Shown: positions 37,738 through 47,838 of the stretch, in pieces
Layout: each line of letters begins with the position of its first letter
Numbering within the stretch: the stretch's first letter is position 1
From: Bacteroidia bacterium
GTDB taxonomy: Bacteria > Bacteroidota > Bacteroidia > SXHM01
Assembly (NCBI GenBank): GCA_020054035.1
Contig: JAGVLY010000017.1
Span: 1,961-65,960, forward strand
Direction of reading: 5' to 3'
Length of the DNA stretch: 64,000 nt
Translations under genes and position numbers: made by a program
The notes under the pieces: generated by a model
Database searches by the model: none
Seen by the model: only the letters and a program-made list of their open reading frames with translations
Told to the model about the DNA's origin: nothing

Positions 37738-38574
37738 ATGAAGAAGATAATTGTTCCCCTCGATTTCTCAGACGATTCAGTTAATGCGCTTGATTTTGCT
37801 GTAAGTGTAGCAAGAAAAACAGATGCTGAAATCATGATGATTAACGTGATTAAAACCAGCCGTTTTGATTTTTTCAAAGGCGTAGAGAATGTTGCCACAA
37901 AAGGTGATTTCGAAACACTCATGAGTAAATATGGCGAGTTCAGCTCTCGAATTCAGTATAAAATAAGAAGAGGAAAAGTTTACCGCGAGATTGTGGAACA
38001 AGCTATTGAAGACAAGGCGTTTCTCATTATTATGGGTTCACATGGCGTTTCGGGCTTCGAGGAAGTGTGGATTGGTAGCAATACTTTCAGAGTTGTAAGT
38101 GAAGCACCTTGTCCTGTAATTACATTAAGAAAAGAATTCCAAAAACGCAGCATTGATAGGATTGTTTTACCGATTGATACTACTTTTGAATCGCGTCAAA
38201 AAATTCCAATGACCGTTGAAATTGCAAAACTGTTTGATACTGAAATACATGTACGTGGTGTTTGCATTAATGAAGTGGAAAATGAACTGGTAAAAGTGAA
38301 AAAGTATGTTGCACAAACCAGAGAAGTTATAGAAAAACAAGGCATTTCTAAAATTGTGGAAAGTGTTGCCGAAGGCAAAAACAAATCTAAAATGGCATTG
38401 GAATACGCTAATACCATAAATGCTGATTTAGTAAGTATTATGACTGAACAGGAAGAAGATTTTTCATTAAATCTTATGGGAAGCTATGCTCAATACATGG
38501 TTCACCATTCCAGTATTCCTATTTTGGCTTGTCATCCGCGCGAAGATTTAGTAGTGAAGACCTTCCTGAAATAA
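37738..38574 (+). CDS. universal stress protein (tandem UspA domains)
   Basis: 278 aa with two Usp modules (MKKIIVPLDFSDDS...; second GSHG...PVI). Confidence 0.8.
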   Translation: MKKIIVPLDFSDDSVNALDFAVSVARKTDAEIMMINVIKTSRFDFFKGVENVATKGDFETLMSKYGEFSSRIQYKIRRGKVYREIVEQAIEDKAFLIIMGSHGVSGFEEVWIGSNTFRVVSEAPCPVITLRKEFQKRSIDRIVLPIDTTFESRQKIPMTVEIAKLFDTEIHVRGVCINEVENELVKVKKYVAQTREVIEKQGISKIVESVAEGKNKSKMALEYANTINADLVSIMTEQEEDFSLNLMGSYAQYMVHHSSIPILACHPREDLVVKTFLK

Positions 38575-40179
38575 GTGGAGAAAGTTTACGATTACATTGT
38601 CATAGGTTCCGGCTTTGGCGGAAGTGTTTCTGCCATGCGCTTATCTGAAAAAGGATATAGTGTTGCCGTTCTTGAAAAAGGGAAAAAATACGAAACGAAA
38701 GATTTTCCAAAAACAAACTGGGAAATAAAAAAATATCTGTGGATTCCTTTGCTGCGATGCTTCGGTTTTCAAAAGCTAACATTCTTTCGTGAAGCATTTA
38801 TTTTAAGCGGTGTTGGTGTTGGTGGCGGAAGTTTAGTTTACGCCAATACCTTAATGCAACCCGATGATAAATTCTACAATAACAAATCCTGGTCGCATTT
38901 TAAAGATTGGAAGAATGTGCTGGCTCCGTTTTATGACAAAGCTCGTTTTATGCTGGGAGCAGTAAAAAATCCTAAGTTTTACGAAGCCGATAATATATTG
39001 CGAGAAGTGGCGAAAGACATGGGCAGAGAAAGTTCATTTGAAGGTGTGAATGTGGGCGTTTACTATGGCGACACCAAGAAAATGACTGACCCTTACTTCA
39101 AAGGATTAGGCCCTGAAAGACGCGGCTGCATTGAGTGTGCAGAGTGTATGTCTGGTTGCAGGCATCATGCAAAAAACACATTAGATAAAAATTATTTATG
39201 GTTCGCGCAGAAATTCGGCACAGAAATTTTTGCTGAAACGTTGGTAGAGAAAGTTGAATTTAAAGACGATGTTTACCATATCCACACCGTAACAAGCACA
39301 GCATGGCTAAAATTAAAAAAGACAGTTTACAAATCAAAAGGATTGGTGCTGAGTGGCGGGGTTTTAGGAACAATGGATTTGCTGCTGAAACAGAAATATA
39401 AGCACAAAACACTTTCAAAACTCTCGGACAAATTAGGTTATAACCTACGTACCAACTCTGAGTCGCTTTGTGGAATTAGTAATGCTGACAGAAAATTAAA
39501 TCATGGTGTTGCTATTACTTCCATTTTTAATCCTGATGACCATACGCACATTGAAATAACAAAATTCGGAGAAGGTTCAAACTCCATGAAGCTTTTGGCA
39601 ACGCTGGCAACAGGAAAGGGTTCTCCCTTTGTGCGCACAGCAAAAATGATTGGAAATATTATTCAAAATCCGTTGACTTATTTCAAATTATTGTTTGGAA
39701 AAAACTGGTCAACAAACACCATTATTTTATTAGTTATGCAAACGCTGGATAACTCCATGCGCATGGCTTACAGCAATTTTAGAGGTATGTATATAAAGAA
39801 TGACGGCCCCGAAAAAGTTCCTGCTTATATTGAAACCGGACAAAATGTAATGCACCGCTTCGCTAAAAAAGTGAACGGCACAGCTGGAAACGGATTGATT
39901 GAAGTAATGTTTAACACCTCCACTACAGCACACATTATGGGCGGCTGCCCGATGGGTGCTGATATAAATGAAGGCGTTGTAAACTCCGAGTTTAAAGTTT
40001 TCGGTTATCCCGAAATGTATGTGTTAGATGGTTCAATTATTCCCTGCAACTTAGGTGTAAACCCAAGTCTTACCATTACTGCGTTGAGTGAATACGCTAT
40101 GAGTTGCATTCCTAAAAAACAAGGTGTGGAAAGAGAAACGTTAGATGAAATGCTTTTATCAAAAAGCACAAACCAATAA
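38575..40179 (+). CDS. GMC-family FAD-dependent oxidoreductase
   Basis: 534 aa. An N-terminal Rossmann FAD motif (YDYIVIGSGFGGSV) is followed by a GMC C-terminal region. Its start abuts the usp stop. Confidence 0.75.
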   Translation: MEKVYDYIVIGSGFGGSVSAMRLSEKGYSVAVLEKGKKYETKDFPKTNWEIKKYLWIPLLRCFGFQKLTFFREAFILSGVGVGGGSLVYANTLMQPDDKFYNNKSWSHFKDWKNVLAPFYDKARFMLGAVKNPKFYEADNILREVAKDMGRESSFEGVNVGVYYGDTKKMTDPYFKGLGPERRGCIECAECMSGCRHHAKNTLDKNYLWFAQKFGTEIFAETLVEKVEFKDDVYHIHTVTSTAWLKLKKTVYKSKGLVLSGGVLGTMDLLLKQKYKHKTLSKLSDKLGYNLRTNSESLCGISNADRKLNHGVAITSIFNPDDHTHIEITKFGEGSNSMKLLATLATGKGSPFVRTAKMIGNIIQNPLTYFKLLFGKNWSTNTIILLVMQTLDNSMRMAYSNFRGMYIKNDGPEKVPAYIETGQNVMHRFAKKVNGTAGNGLIEVMFNTSTTAHIMGGCPMGADINEGVVNSEFKVFGYPEMYVLDGSIIPCNLGVNPSLTITALSEYAMSCIPKKQGVERETLDEMLLSKSTNQ

Positions 40180-41595
40180 GTGAGAATATTTCACAACTAT
40201 ATAAAGTCAATGAAAAAAACAACCCTACTATTTCTTCTTTTCACGATTAGCATTCTTTCAGCTATTGCAGACAGTCTGACGATTTCAAGCGCTCCAATCA
40301 AACCAAATCCTTTCGCAACTAAAGAAACAAAGGTTTATGTATTTGATGTGAAAGAAGAAATTGGACCGGGAATATGGAGAAAGATGGAAAAGGCTTTTAA
40401 GCAAGCAGAAGAACTAAAATTCGATCTAATTCTACTGCACATGAATACGTATGGAGGTGCTGTAGTGCAGGCAGATTCTATGCGTACAAAAATCCTTCAT
40501 TCCGAAATTCCTGTGTTCGTCTTCATTGATAATAATGCAGCTTCAGCAGGTGCGCTTATTGCCATTTCTTGTGATAGTATTTATATGCGTTCGGGTGCAA
40601 ACATTGGTGCAGCGAGTGTTGTCAATGAAAATGGCGAAGTGCTTCCTGATAAATACCAAAGCTATATGCGCAGCACCATGCGTTCAACTGCCGAAGCTAC
40701 CGGGCGCAACCCCAACATTGCAGAGGCCATGGTTGACCCAAGAATTTACATCGAAGGAATTAATGACTCGGGAAAAGTATTGACATTCACTGCCAGAGAA
40801 GCTATGGAACATGGCTTTTGCGAAGGCATGGGTGAAAACATTGAAGAAGTTCTGAAACTTGCTCAGGTAAATGAGTACAAAATCACACGCTTTGAACCAA
40901 CACGCTTAGACAATATTATTGGCTGGTTAATCAGTCCGGCAGTAAGTGGAGTGTTAATCATGCTTATTATTGGTGGGATTTATTTTGAAATTCAGGCTCC
41001 GGGACTTGGCTTAGCCGGATTAGCAGCTCTTGTAGGAGCATTGCTATATTTTGCTCCGCTTTATTTGGAAGGCTTAGCAGCCAATTGGGAAATACTTGTA
41101 TTCTTTATTGGAGTTATTTTGCTGGCTATTGAACTATTTGCTCTTCCCGGATTTGGAGTAGCCGGAATTTCAGGAATTATTCTCATGGTTTCTTCGCTGA
41201 TGTTAAGTTTAGTTGGCAATGTGGGTTTTGACTTTGATCCGGTAAGTGCTTCACGTGCAACCGAAGCTGTACTTATTGTTTTTACTGCATTGCTGATTGC
41301 AATTCCGCTTTCTGTTTTTCTTGGCTTTAAGTTTTTAAACAGCAGTTTTTTCGGGCGACTTGCATTAAACACTGTTCAGGAAACTTCGCAAGGTTATACC
41401 TCTGTTGATGTTGTAGCAGGAAATAATCTTGTAGGAAAGACAGGAACTGCTTTTACTGTTTTACGACCTGCGGGAAAAATTTCAATTGATGGAGAGATTT
41501 ATGACGCAACTGCTTTGACGAGTTACATTGAAAAAGGTGAAGCTATTAAAGTGGTGAAATTTGAAACAGCGCAGGCTGTGGTGGTAAAACTATAA
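40180..41595 (+). CDS. NfeD-family membrane-bound ClpP-class serine protease
   Basis: 471 aa with a signal sequence (alternative start MKKTTLL at 40210) and a ClpP-like N-terminal domain. Multiple transmembrane helices and a C-terminal OB-fold (GEAIKVVKFE) are present. Confidence 0.75.
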   Translation: MRIFHNYIKSMKKTTLLFLLFTISILSAIADSLTISSAPIKPNPFATKETKVYVFDVKEEIGPGIWRKMEKAFKQAEELKFDLILLHMNTYGGAVVQADSMRTKILHSEIPVFVFIDNNAASAGALIAISCDSIYMRSGANIGAASVVNENGEVLPDKYQSYMRSTMRSTAEATGRNPNIAEAMVDPRIYIEGINDSGKVLTFTAREAMEHGFCEGMGENIEEVLKLAQVNEYKITRFEPTRLDNIIGWLISPAVSGVLIMLIIGGIYFEIQAPGLGLAGLAALVGALLYFAPLYLEGLAANWEILVFFIGVILLAIELFALPGFGVAGISGIILMVSSLMLSLVGNVGFDFDPVSASRATEAVLIVFTALLIAIPLSVFLGFKFLNSSFFGRLALNTVQETSQGYTSVDVVAGNNLVGKTGTAFTVLRPAGKISIDGEIYDATALTSYIEKGEAIKVVKFETAQAVVVKL

Positions 41596-41601
41596 TCTGA
41601 A

Positions 41602-43908
41602 TTATTTTTTCAGATTATCCAGTTCGCGTTTCAGTTCTTTTTCTGAACCGGCTACAAGTTCAGTAAGTCTGTCAAGTTTAGCTTTTAACAAATCCTGATC
41701 ACTATTTTTTTCATCTGACTGCTCTATTGAATCTGCTATCTGCAATGATTCACTCATGCCCATCATCCCGAATGAAGATTTTATTTTGTGCGCTGTGCGT
41801 TTCAATTTTTCAAAATCATGCTTTTTGAAACTGGCTTTTATTTCTTTCAACATTACCGGTGTATTACGCAAATAAATTTCAATCATTTCAGCCATAAAAA
41901 CGTCATCACCACCGGTAAGTTCTTTTAGTGATTGAGTATTAACAAAAGAATCGGAAGCATATTCTTCACGCTTGTTTTCATTACTTTTATTACCGGAAAG
42001 TGTCAGAATCTTATGCAACAACTCACCCTGCTTAAAAGGTTTTGAAAGGTAATCATTCATTCCTGCTTCAAAGCATTTTTTGCGCTCCTCCACGAGTGCA
42101 TCAGCTGTCATTGCCATAATTGGAATCTGCGCTTTTTCTTTATCACGATACTTTCTTATTCTGCGGGTAGTTTCAAAGCCATCCATCTCAGGCATCTGCA
42201 CATCCATAAGTATAATGCTGTAATCATTCTTCTTGAATAAATCAAACCCTACTTTACCATTTGGAGCAATATCAAGGTCAGCATTCCATTGTTTGCTTAT
42301 GATTTTATGAACCAAACGTTGATTCATTTCATTGTCTTCACACAACAAAATTTTCATCCCGTTAAGATTAACATCTTCTGCCGGTGCAATTACTTTATTG
42401 ATGAGTATAATATCTTCTTCACTACCTTGTTCAAATTCAAGCGTAAAACTGAACAACGTTCCGGTTCCTTCATTGCTTTTCAGGTTTAACGTTCCTCCCA
42501 TCAGTTTTACTAATTGGTCAACAATGGTAAGTCCAAGTCCTGTTCCTCCATATTTACGGGTAGTATCATTGCTTGCTTGCGTAAAACTCTGAAATACCAC
42601 ATCTAATTTATCCTTCGGAATTCCAATCCCAGTATCTTCAATTTTAAACTGAATGATGCAACGTTTTTCAGCTATACTTTTTAATTCTGCACTTATTTCA
42701 ATCCAGCCTTTTGAAGTAAATTTCATTGCATTACTCACCAGATTAATAAGCACCTGATCCAAACGTACCGCATCACCAACCAGCACCTCTGGTATTTTAT
42801 GGTCTATATTGAAAATGAGTTTTACATTTTTCTGTTGCGCCTTCAGTGCAAATAAACTCTTCACTGTTTTAATCACTTCGGGGAAGCTGAAAAGCGAGTG
42901 CTCAATATTAAGTTTGCCAGCTTCTATTTTTGAAAAGTCAAGAATATCGTTGATGATAACAGTAAGATTATCACCGGCCTGACGAATTGCATTTACGCTA
43001 TCCTGCTGATCGCTGTTGAGTTTGCTTTGCATCAGCAATTCGGTAAAACCAATAATTGAATTCATTGGCGTACGTATTTCGTGGCTCATATTTGCGAGAA
43101 ATTGTTCCTTCACTTTTGCCGATTGTTCTGCAATATCTTTTGCACGAATAAGCTGAAATTCCGTTTTCTTCTTATCAGTAATATCACTAATGATCTCGAT
43201 GTGCTTTCCTTTCAGCTCATTATTTTCTTTTACCGGTGTATTAACAACCGAAATCCAGATGGTTTTTCCGCTTTTATGAGAAATTAGAACTTCTATATAA
43301 AACGGTTCACGAGCTGCCTGTTTTTTAATGGCATAGTTGATTGTTTCCATACTGGTATTAGGTCCAAGCATTACAGAACTTGGTGTTCTGCCTAAAATCT
43401 CATCGCTGCCGTATCCAGTAATACGGGAAAAACCTTCATTTACCCACTCTACTATTCCATCCGTATTAGCAATCAAAATCCCGTTTTCAGTGCTTTGCGC
43501 TACTAATGAGAGCTTATTAATTTCTTCATTCTTTTTTATTTCCTCGGTTATATCCTTTGCCGCTGCATAAATTATCCCTGTCTCCGGGTCAGGAGCACAT
43601 GTCCAATCCAAAATTTTAAGAGAACCATCTTTACAATAGTATCTGTTCCTGAAATGAATGGTAGGTATTCCTTTCGACAATTTTTCAACTTCATTCAAAG
43701 TTGCCTGCAAATCATCAGAATGAACAAATTCAAGGAAAGGCTTTGCCAGAAGTTCTTTCTGAGTATAACCGAGAACTTTTTCAAATGCAGGATTCAACTT
43801 TTTAAAATAGCCGTCAACTCCGGCAATGCAGAGCAAATCAAATGAGAGCGAGAAAAACTTCTCGAACTCAGCAGAAAAATTGAGTTTATTTTCTTTGGAC
43901 TGAGGCAT
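41602..43908 (-). CDS. hybrid sensor histidine kinase/response regulator with PAS domains and C-terminal Hpt domain
   Basis: 768 aa with two PAS domains, HisKA (SHEIRTPMNSIIGFTELL) and HATPase_c (GGTGLGLTI). A REC domain (ILLCEDNEMNQ...MDVQMPEMDG) and an Hpt-like tail (HKIKSSFGMMG) complete the architecture. Confidence 0.9.
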   Translation of the reverse strand: MPQSKENKLNFSAEFEKFFSLSFDLLCIAGVDGYFKKLNPAFEKVLGYTQKELLAKPFLEFVHSDDLQATLNEVEKLSKGIPTIHFRNRYYCKDGSLKILDWTCAPDPETGIIYAAAKDITEEIKKNEEINKLSLVAQSTENGILIANTDGIVEWVNEGFSRITGYGSDEILGRTPSSVMLGPNTSMETINYAIKKQAAREPFYIEVLISHKSGKTIWISVVNTPVKENNELKGKHIEIISDITDKKKTEFQLIRAKDIAEQSAKVKEQFLANMSHEIRTPMNSIIGFTELLMQSKLNSDQQDSVNAIRQAGDNLTVIINDILDFSKIEAGKLNIEHSLFSFPEVIKTVKSLFALKAQQKNVKLIFNIDHKIPEVLVGDAVRLDQVLINLVSNAMKFTSKGWIEISAELKSIAEKRCIIQFKIEDTGIGIPKDKLDVVFQSFTQASNDTTRKYGGTGLGLTIVDQLVKLMGGTLNLKSNEGTGTLFSFTLEFEQGSEEDIILINKVIAPAEDVNLNGMKILLCEDNEMNQRLVHKIISKQWNADLDIAPNGKVGFDLFKKNDYSIILMDVQMPEMDGFETTRRIRKYRDKEKAQIPIMAMTADALVEERKKCFEAGMNDYLSKPFKQGELLHKILTLSGNKSNENKREEYASDSFVNTQSLKELTGGDDVFMAEMIEIYLRNTPVMLKEIKASFKKHDFEKLKRTAHKIKSSFGMMGMSESLQIADSIEQSDEKNSDQDLLKAKLDRLTELVAGSEKELKRELDNLKK

Positions 43909-43939
43909 TTTTTTTGTCTGATTAACGCCCCTGCTGATT

Positions 43940-44620
43940 TTACAAAATATTCAGTCTTCTTACCAACCCATCTTTATTGGAGCGGCTTACAGGAATTAAT
44001 TTTTCGTTCAGCACAATAGTATTCTCCTCTATGGTACTAATTTTATCAAGCCTTACAATATAAGAACGATGTACACGCATAAAATCAGCAGACGGTAGTT
44101 TACTTTCAATTGCTTTCATAGTTGAAAGCACCGTGTAACGTGCTGTTTTAGTATAAATATTTACATAATCAGAAAAGGCTTCTATGTAATAGATATTAGA
44201 CAAATCCAGTTTTACCAATTTAGAATCCTGTTTAATCAAAAGCGAATTACTTCCTTCGCTTTTAACGTTCTCGTAAATCTGGCGAGCTTTTTCAACTGCC
44301 TTCATGTAACGGGCAAACTGAACAGGTTTCAGTAGATAATCAGTAACGTTATATTCAAATGCATCAACTGCATATTCCTTTTTAGAAGAAACAATAATTA
44401 CCTGACAGGCAACTTCTACATTTTTTATAAACTCTATACCACTCATCTCCGGCATTTCCACATCCAGAAACATTAAATCAATCTGATTGTCGCGGATTAT
44501 TTTCTGCGCCTCAATCGCATCTTTACATTCTGCAACGAGATTGAGAAAATCACTTCGCTCAACACATTTTCTTAAGGCTGCTCTTGAAAGCTCATCATCA
44601 TCAACAATTATACAGTTCAT
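43940..44620 (-). CDS. LytTR-family response regulator
   Basis: 226 aa. The REC domain (IIVDDDELSR...LDVEMPEMSG) is followed by a LytTR DNA-binding domain. Confidence 0.9.
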   Translation of the reverse strand: MNCIIVDDDELSRAALRKCVERSDFLNLVAECKDAIEAQKIIRDNQIDLMFLDVEMPEMSGIEFIKNVEVACQVIIVSSKKEYAVDAFEYNVTDYLLKPVQFARYMKAVEKARQIYENVKSEGSNSLLIKQDSKLVKLDLSNIYYIEAFSDYVNIYTKTARYTVLSTMKAIESKLPSADFMRVHRSYIVRLDKISTIEENTIVLNEKLIPVSRSNKDGLVRRLNIL

Positions 44621-44671
44621 TTTGTGGTTATTTAATGTTTAATAAAAATGCCGCTTCTGCGGCATTTCAAA

Positions 44672-45295
44672 TTATTTCCCTACTCCTTCTACATTCAATT
44701 CAATGCACCAGTGACCTGCTACACGGTTATTATACATATACAATTCAAATTTTACTTTAGGTCCTTTTTTAGCCTCATAGCCTACTAATTTCCTAAAGTT
44801 GGTATCTTCAAGATACAAGTCATTGGTTTTATCTTTATCCATCAATTTCCATTCAGGATTTGAGGCAAAGCAGGCTTTAATTTTTTCTTTATAGCTTTCA
44901 AACTCCTGAACCAATTTAGCTTCGGGAACATCACCTTTTACAGTGCTGGTTGCTATCAATTCTTCGTAAGCAGGATATTCCTGACTGTCGTTTACATATC
45001 CTTTATCTTTTCCTAAATGAGCAGTTGAAACAAAGAAGGGGCGGGCTACACCTGAAATTTGTTTGGATGTTGATTCGCCACGCAAACCTGTAAACTGTGT
45101 GTTTCCTGCCTCAACAATTTTCTTGAGGTTGGCACATAAATCGTCCTGAGCAAAAGCAAAGGTAAAAAATGCAAAAAATGAGAGGCTGGTTAAAACTATT
45201 TTCTTCATACTTTTCAGAATGGTTCTATTTAGGGTTGACAAAAGTAAATGTTTTATTGAAATAGAACTAAAATTTCTTGACGAAAACAAATACAA
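44672..45295 (-). CDS. hypothetical secreted protein
   Basis: A signal peptide at MKKIVLTSLSFFAFFTFAFAQ suggests the true start is at about 45208. No recognisable domain. Confidence 0.55.
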   Translation of the reverse strand: MYLFSSRNFSSISIKHLLLSTLNRTILKSMKKIVLTSLSFFAFFTFAFAQDDLCANLKKIVEAGNTQFTGLRGESTSKQISGVARPFFVSTAHLGKDKGYVNDSQEYPAYEELIATSTVKGDVPEAKLVQEFESYKEKIKACFASNPEWKLMDKDKTNDLYLEDTNFRKLVGYEAKKGPKVKFELYMYNNRVAGHWCIELNVEGVGK

Positions 45296-45362
45296 AGCCA
45301 GAATTTGATAAGCAGGCTATTTGTATATATTTGCAACCGCTTAAAAAAGGATTAAAAAACGG

Positions 45363-46508
45363 ATGGAAATTACCATGAAAAAAATACAAATGGTTGATTT
45401 AAAAACCCAGTATGAGCATATCAAAACTGAGGTAGATATAGCCATTCAAAATGTAATTAATACTACCACATTCATTAACGGGCCGGAAGTAAAATCTTTC
45501 CAGGCTGAACTGGAAAAATACTTAGGCGTAAAGCACGTTATTCCCTGTGCCAACGGTACCGATGCCTTGCAGATTGCAATGATGGCTTTAAATATTCAAC
45601 CGGGCGATGAAGTAATTACTGCCAACTTTACATACGTAGCAACGGCTGAAGTAATAGCGCTTTTAAAATTAACTCCTGTGTTGGTAGAAGTAAATCCCGA
45701 CACTTTTACCATTGACCCTGCTGCCATTGAAAAAGCAATAACTCCAAAAACTAAAGCCATTGTTCCGGTCCATCTTTACGGACAATGTGCCAACATGGAA
45801 CCCATCATGGAAATTGCCCGCAAGCACAACCTCTTTGTGATTGAAGATGTGGCGCAGGCCATTGGTGCTGACTACACATTTAAAGACGGCAAAAAAGCAA
45901 AAGGCGGAACTATAGGAACAGTAGGTTGTACTTCGTTTTTCCCTTCTAAAAATCTTGGCTGCTATGGTGATGGTGGTGCCATGTACACCAATGACGATAC
46001 GCTGGCTGCAAGATTAAGAATGATTGCCAACCACGGACAATCGGTGCAATACATACACGATGATATTGGAGTGAACTCACGCCTTGACAGCATACAGGCG
46101 GCTGTTCTGAATGTAAAACTGAAACATCTTGACGAATATGCGGCAGCACGCAACAAGGCAGCAGACTTTTATGACAAGGCTTTTGCAAACAATCCAAAAC
46201 TAAAAACTCCGGCACGTGCAAAAAATTCAACACACGTTTTTCATCAATACACATTGGTATTAAGTGGTGTTGACCGAACGCAATTGAAAGAGTATTTAGC
46301 CTCAAAAGATATTCCGGCAATGATTTATTATCCGAAGCCGCTGCACCACCAGAAAGCGTATGCTAATCCTCTATTTAAGGATGCGGATTTCCAAACGACT
46401 ATACACTTGTGTAAAAATGTAATTTCGCTTCCTATGCATACAGAAATGGATGAGGAAACGTTATCATACATCACTTCTTCAGTTTTGGAATTCGTGAATA
46501 AAATTTAA
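45363..46508 (+). CDS. DegT/DnrJ/EryC1/StrS-family PLP-dependent sugar aminotransferase
   Basis: 381 aa with family-typical blocks: NGTDALQIAM, SFFPSKNLGCYGDGGA. Confidence 0.85.
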   Translation: MEITMKKIQMVDLKTQYEHIKTEVDIAIQNVINTTTFINGPEVKSFQAELEKYLGVKHVIPCANGTDALQIAMMALNIQPGDEVITANFTYVATAEVIALLKLTPVLVEVNPDTFTIDPAAIEKAITPKTKAIVPVHLYGQCANMEPIMEIARKHNLFVIEDVAQAIGADYTFKDGKKAKGGTIGTVGCTSFFPSKNLGCYGDGGAMYTNDDTLAARLRMIANHGQSVQYIHDDIGVNSRLDSIQAAVLNVKLKHLDEYAAARNKAADFYDKAFANNPKLKTPARAKNSTHVFHQYTLVLSGVDRTQLKEYLASKDIPAMIYYPKPLHHQKAYANPLFKDADFQTTIHLCKNVISLPMHTEMDEETLSYITSSVLEFVNKI

Positions 46509-46512
46509 GAAT

Positions 46513-47838
46513 ATGAATATAGCAGTAGTAGGAACAGGATACGTTGGATTGGTTACCGGAACTTGTTTTGCCGAAACAGGCAACAACGTTATCTGTGTGG
46601 ATATAGATGTGGAGAAAGTCCGCAAGATGAAAGACGGTATTGTACCGATTTATGAACCGCACCTAGATGTTATTTTTGAACGCAACATCAAACAAGGTCG
46701 TTTGACTTTTACTACCAATCTTGCTGAAGCGATTGAAACAGCTAAAGTGATTTTCCTTGCGCTGCCAACACCTCCAGGTGAAGATGGCTCTGCTGACCTC
46801 TCCTATATTTTAGGAGTAGCCAATGATTTGGGAAAACTTATAAAAGAATACAAAGTAATAGTTGACAAAAGCACTGTTCCTGTTGGCACTGCAGAGAAGG
46901 TTCGCCTTGCCATTGCAAAGAATGCAAAGGTAGAATTTGATGTGGTGAGCAACCCCGAATTTTTGCGTGAGGGTTTTGCTGTAGATGATTTTATGAAACC
47001 CGATCGCGTTGTAATCGGAACAGGTTCTGAGAAAGCAAAGCACATTATGGGCGACCTTTTCAAGCCTTATGTGCGTCAGGGCAACCCTGTAATATTTATG
47101 GACGAGAAATCTGCGGAGCTGACTAAGTATGCAGCCAACGCTTTTCTTGCTACTAAGATTACCTTCATGAACGAGATTGCAAACCTCTGCGAACTATTAG
47201 GCGCTGATGTAGATAAAGTGCGCATAGGTATTGGCTCTGACGACCGCATCGGGAAACGTTTTCTTTTTCCGGGAATTGGTTATGGCGGAAGCTGTTTCCC
47301 GAAAGATGTGCAGGCAATTGCAAAATCTGCTTCTGATGTTGGTTACAACTTTGCCCTGCTGCAGGCGGTGATGGAAGTGAATGAAAAACAAAAGACCATC
47401 ATTGTTCCTAAAATCCTGGACTACTTCGGTGGTTCGTTAAAAGGCAAAAAAATTGCGTTGTGGGGATTGGCTTTCAAGCCTGATACCGATGATATCCGCG
47501 AAGCCCCTGCGCTTTATATAATTGAAGAATTGCTGAAAGCCGGGGCAGAAGTAACTGCATTTGACCCCGAGGCAATGAACAATGTAAAGAAGTTACTGGG
47601 TACAAAAATCAATTTTACAGAAAATCATTATGATGCGCTGAACAATGCTGATGCCTTGGTGATAGCAACCGAATGGAGTCTTTTCCGCAATCCGGATTTT
47701 GATAAAATAAGCGAACTGCTTAAAAATAAAATTATTTTTGACGGAAGAAATCTTTACGATACTCAACAAATGAAAGAACTCGGATATACTTATTATAGCA
47801 TTGGAAGAGAAACGGTAAAAAAATCAATTCATGCCTAA
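46513..47838 (+). CDS. ugd: UDP-glucose 6-dehydrogenase
   Basis: 441 aa. The N-terminal NAD-binding motif is IAVVGTGYVGL. The catalytic GGSCFPKD motif is present. Confidence 0.9.
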   Translation: MNIAVVGTGYVGLVTGTCFAETGNNVICVDIDVEKVRKMKDGIVPIYEPHLDVIFERNIKQGRLTFTTNLAEAIETAKVIFLALPTPPGEDGSADLSYILGVANDLGKLIKEYKVIVDKSTVPVGTAEKVRLAIAKNAKVEFDVVSNPEFLREGFAVDDFMKPDRVVIGTGSEKAKHIMGDLFKPYVRQGNPVIFMDEKSAELTKYAANAFLATKITFMNEIANLCELLGADVDKVRIGIGSDDRIGKRFLFPGIGYGGSCFPKDVQAIAKSASDVGYNFALLQAVMEVNEKQKTIIVPKILDYFGGSLKGKKIALWGLAFKPDTDDIREAPALYIIEELLKAGAEVTAFDPEAMNNVKKLLGTKINFTENHYDALNNADALVIATEWSLFRNPDFDKISELLKNKIIFDGRNLYDTQQMKELGYTYYSIGRETVKKSIHA

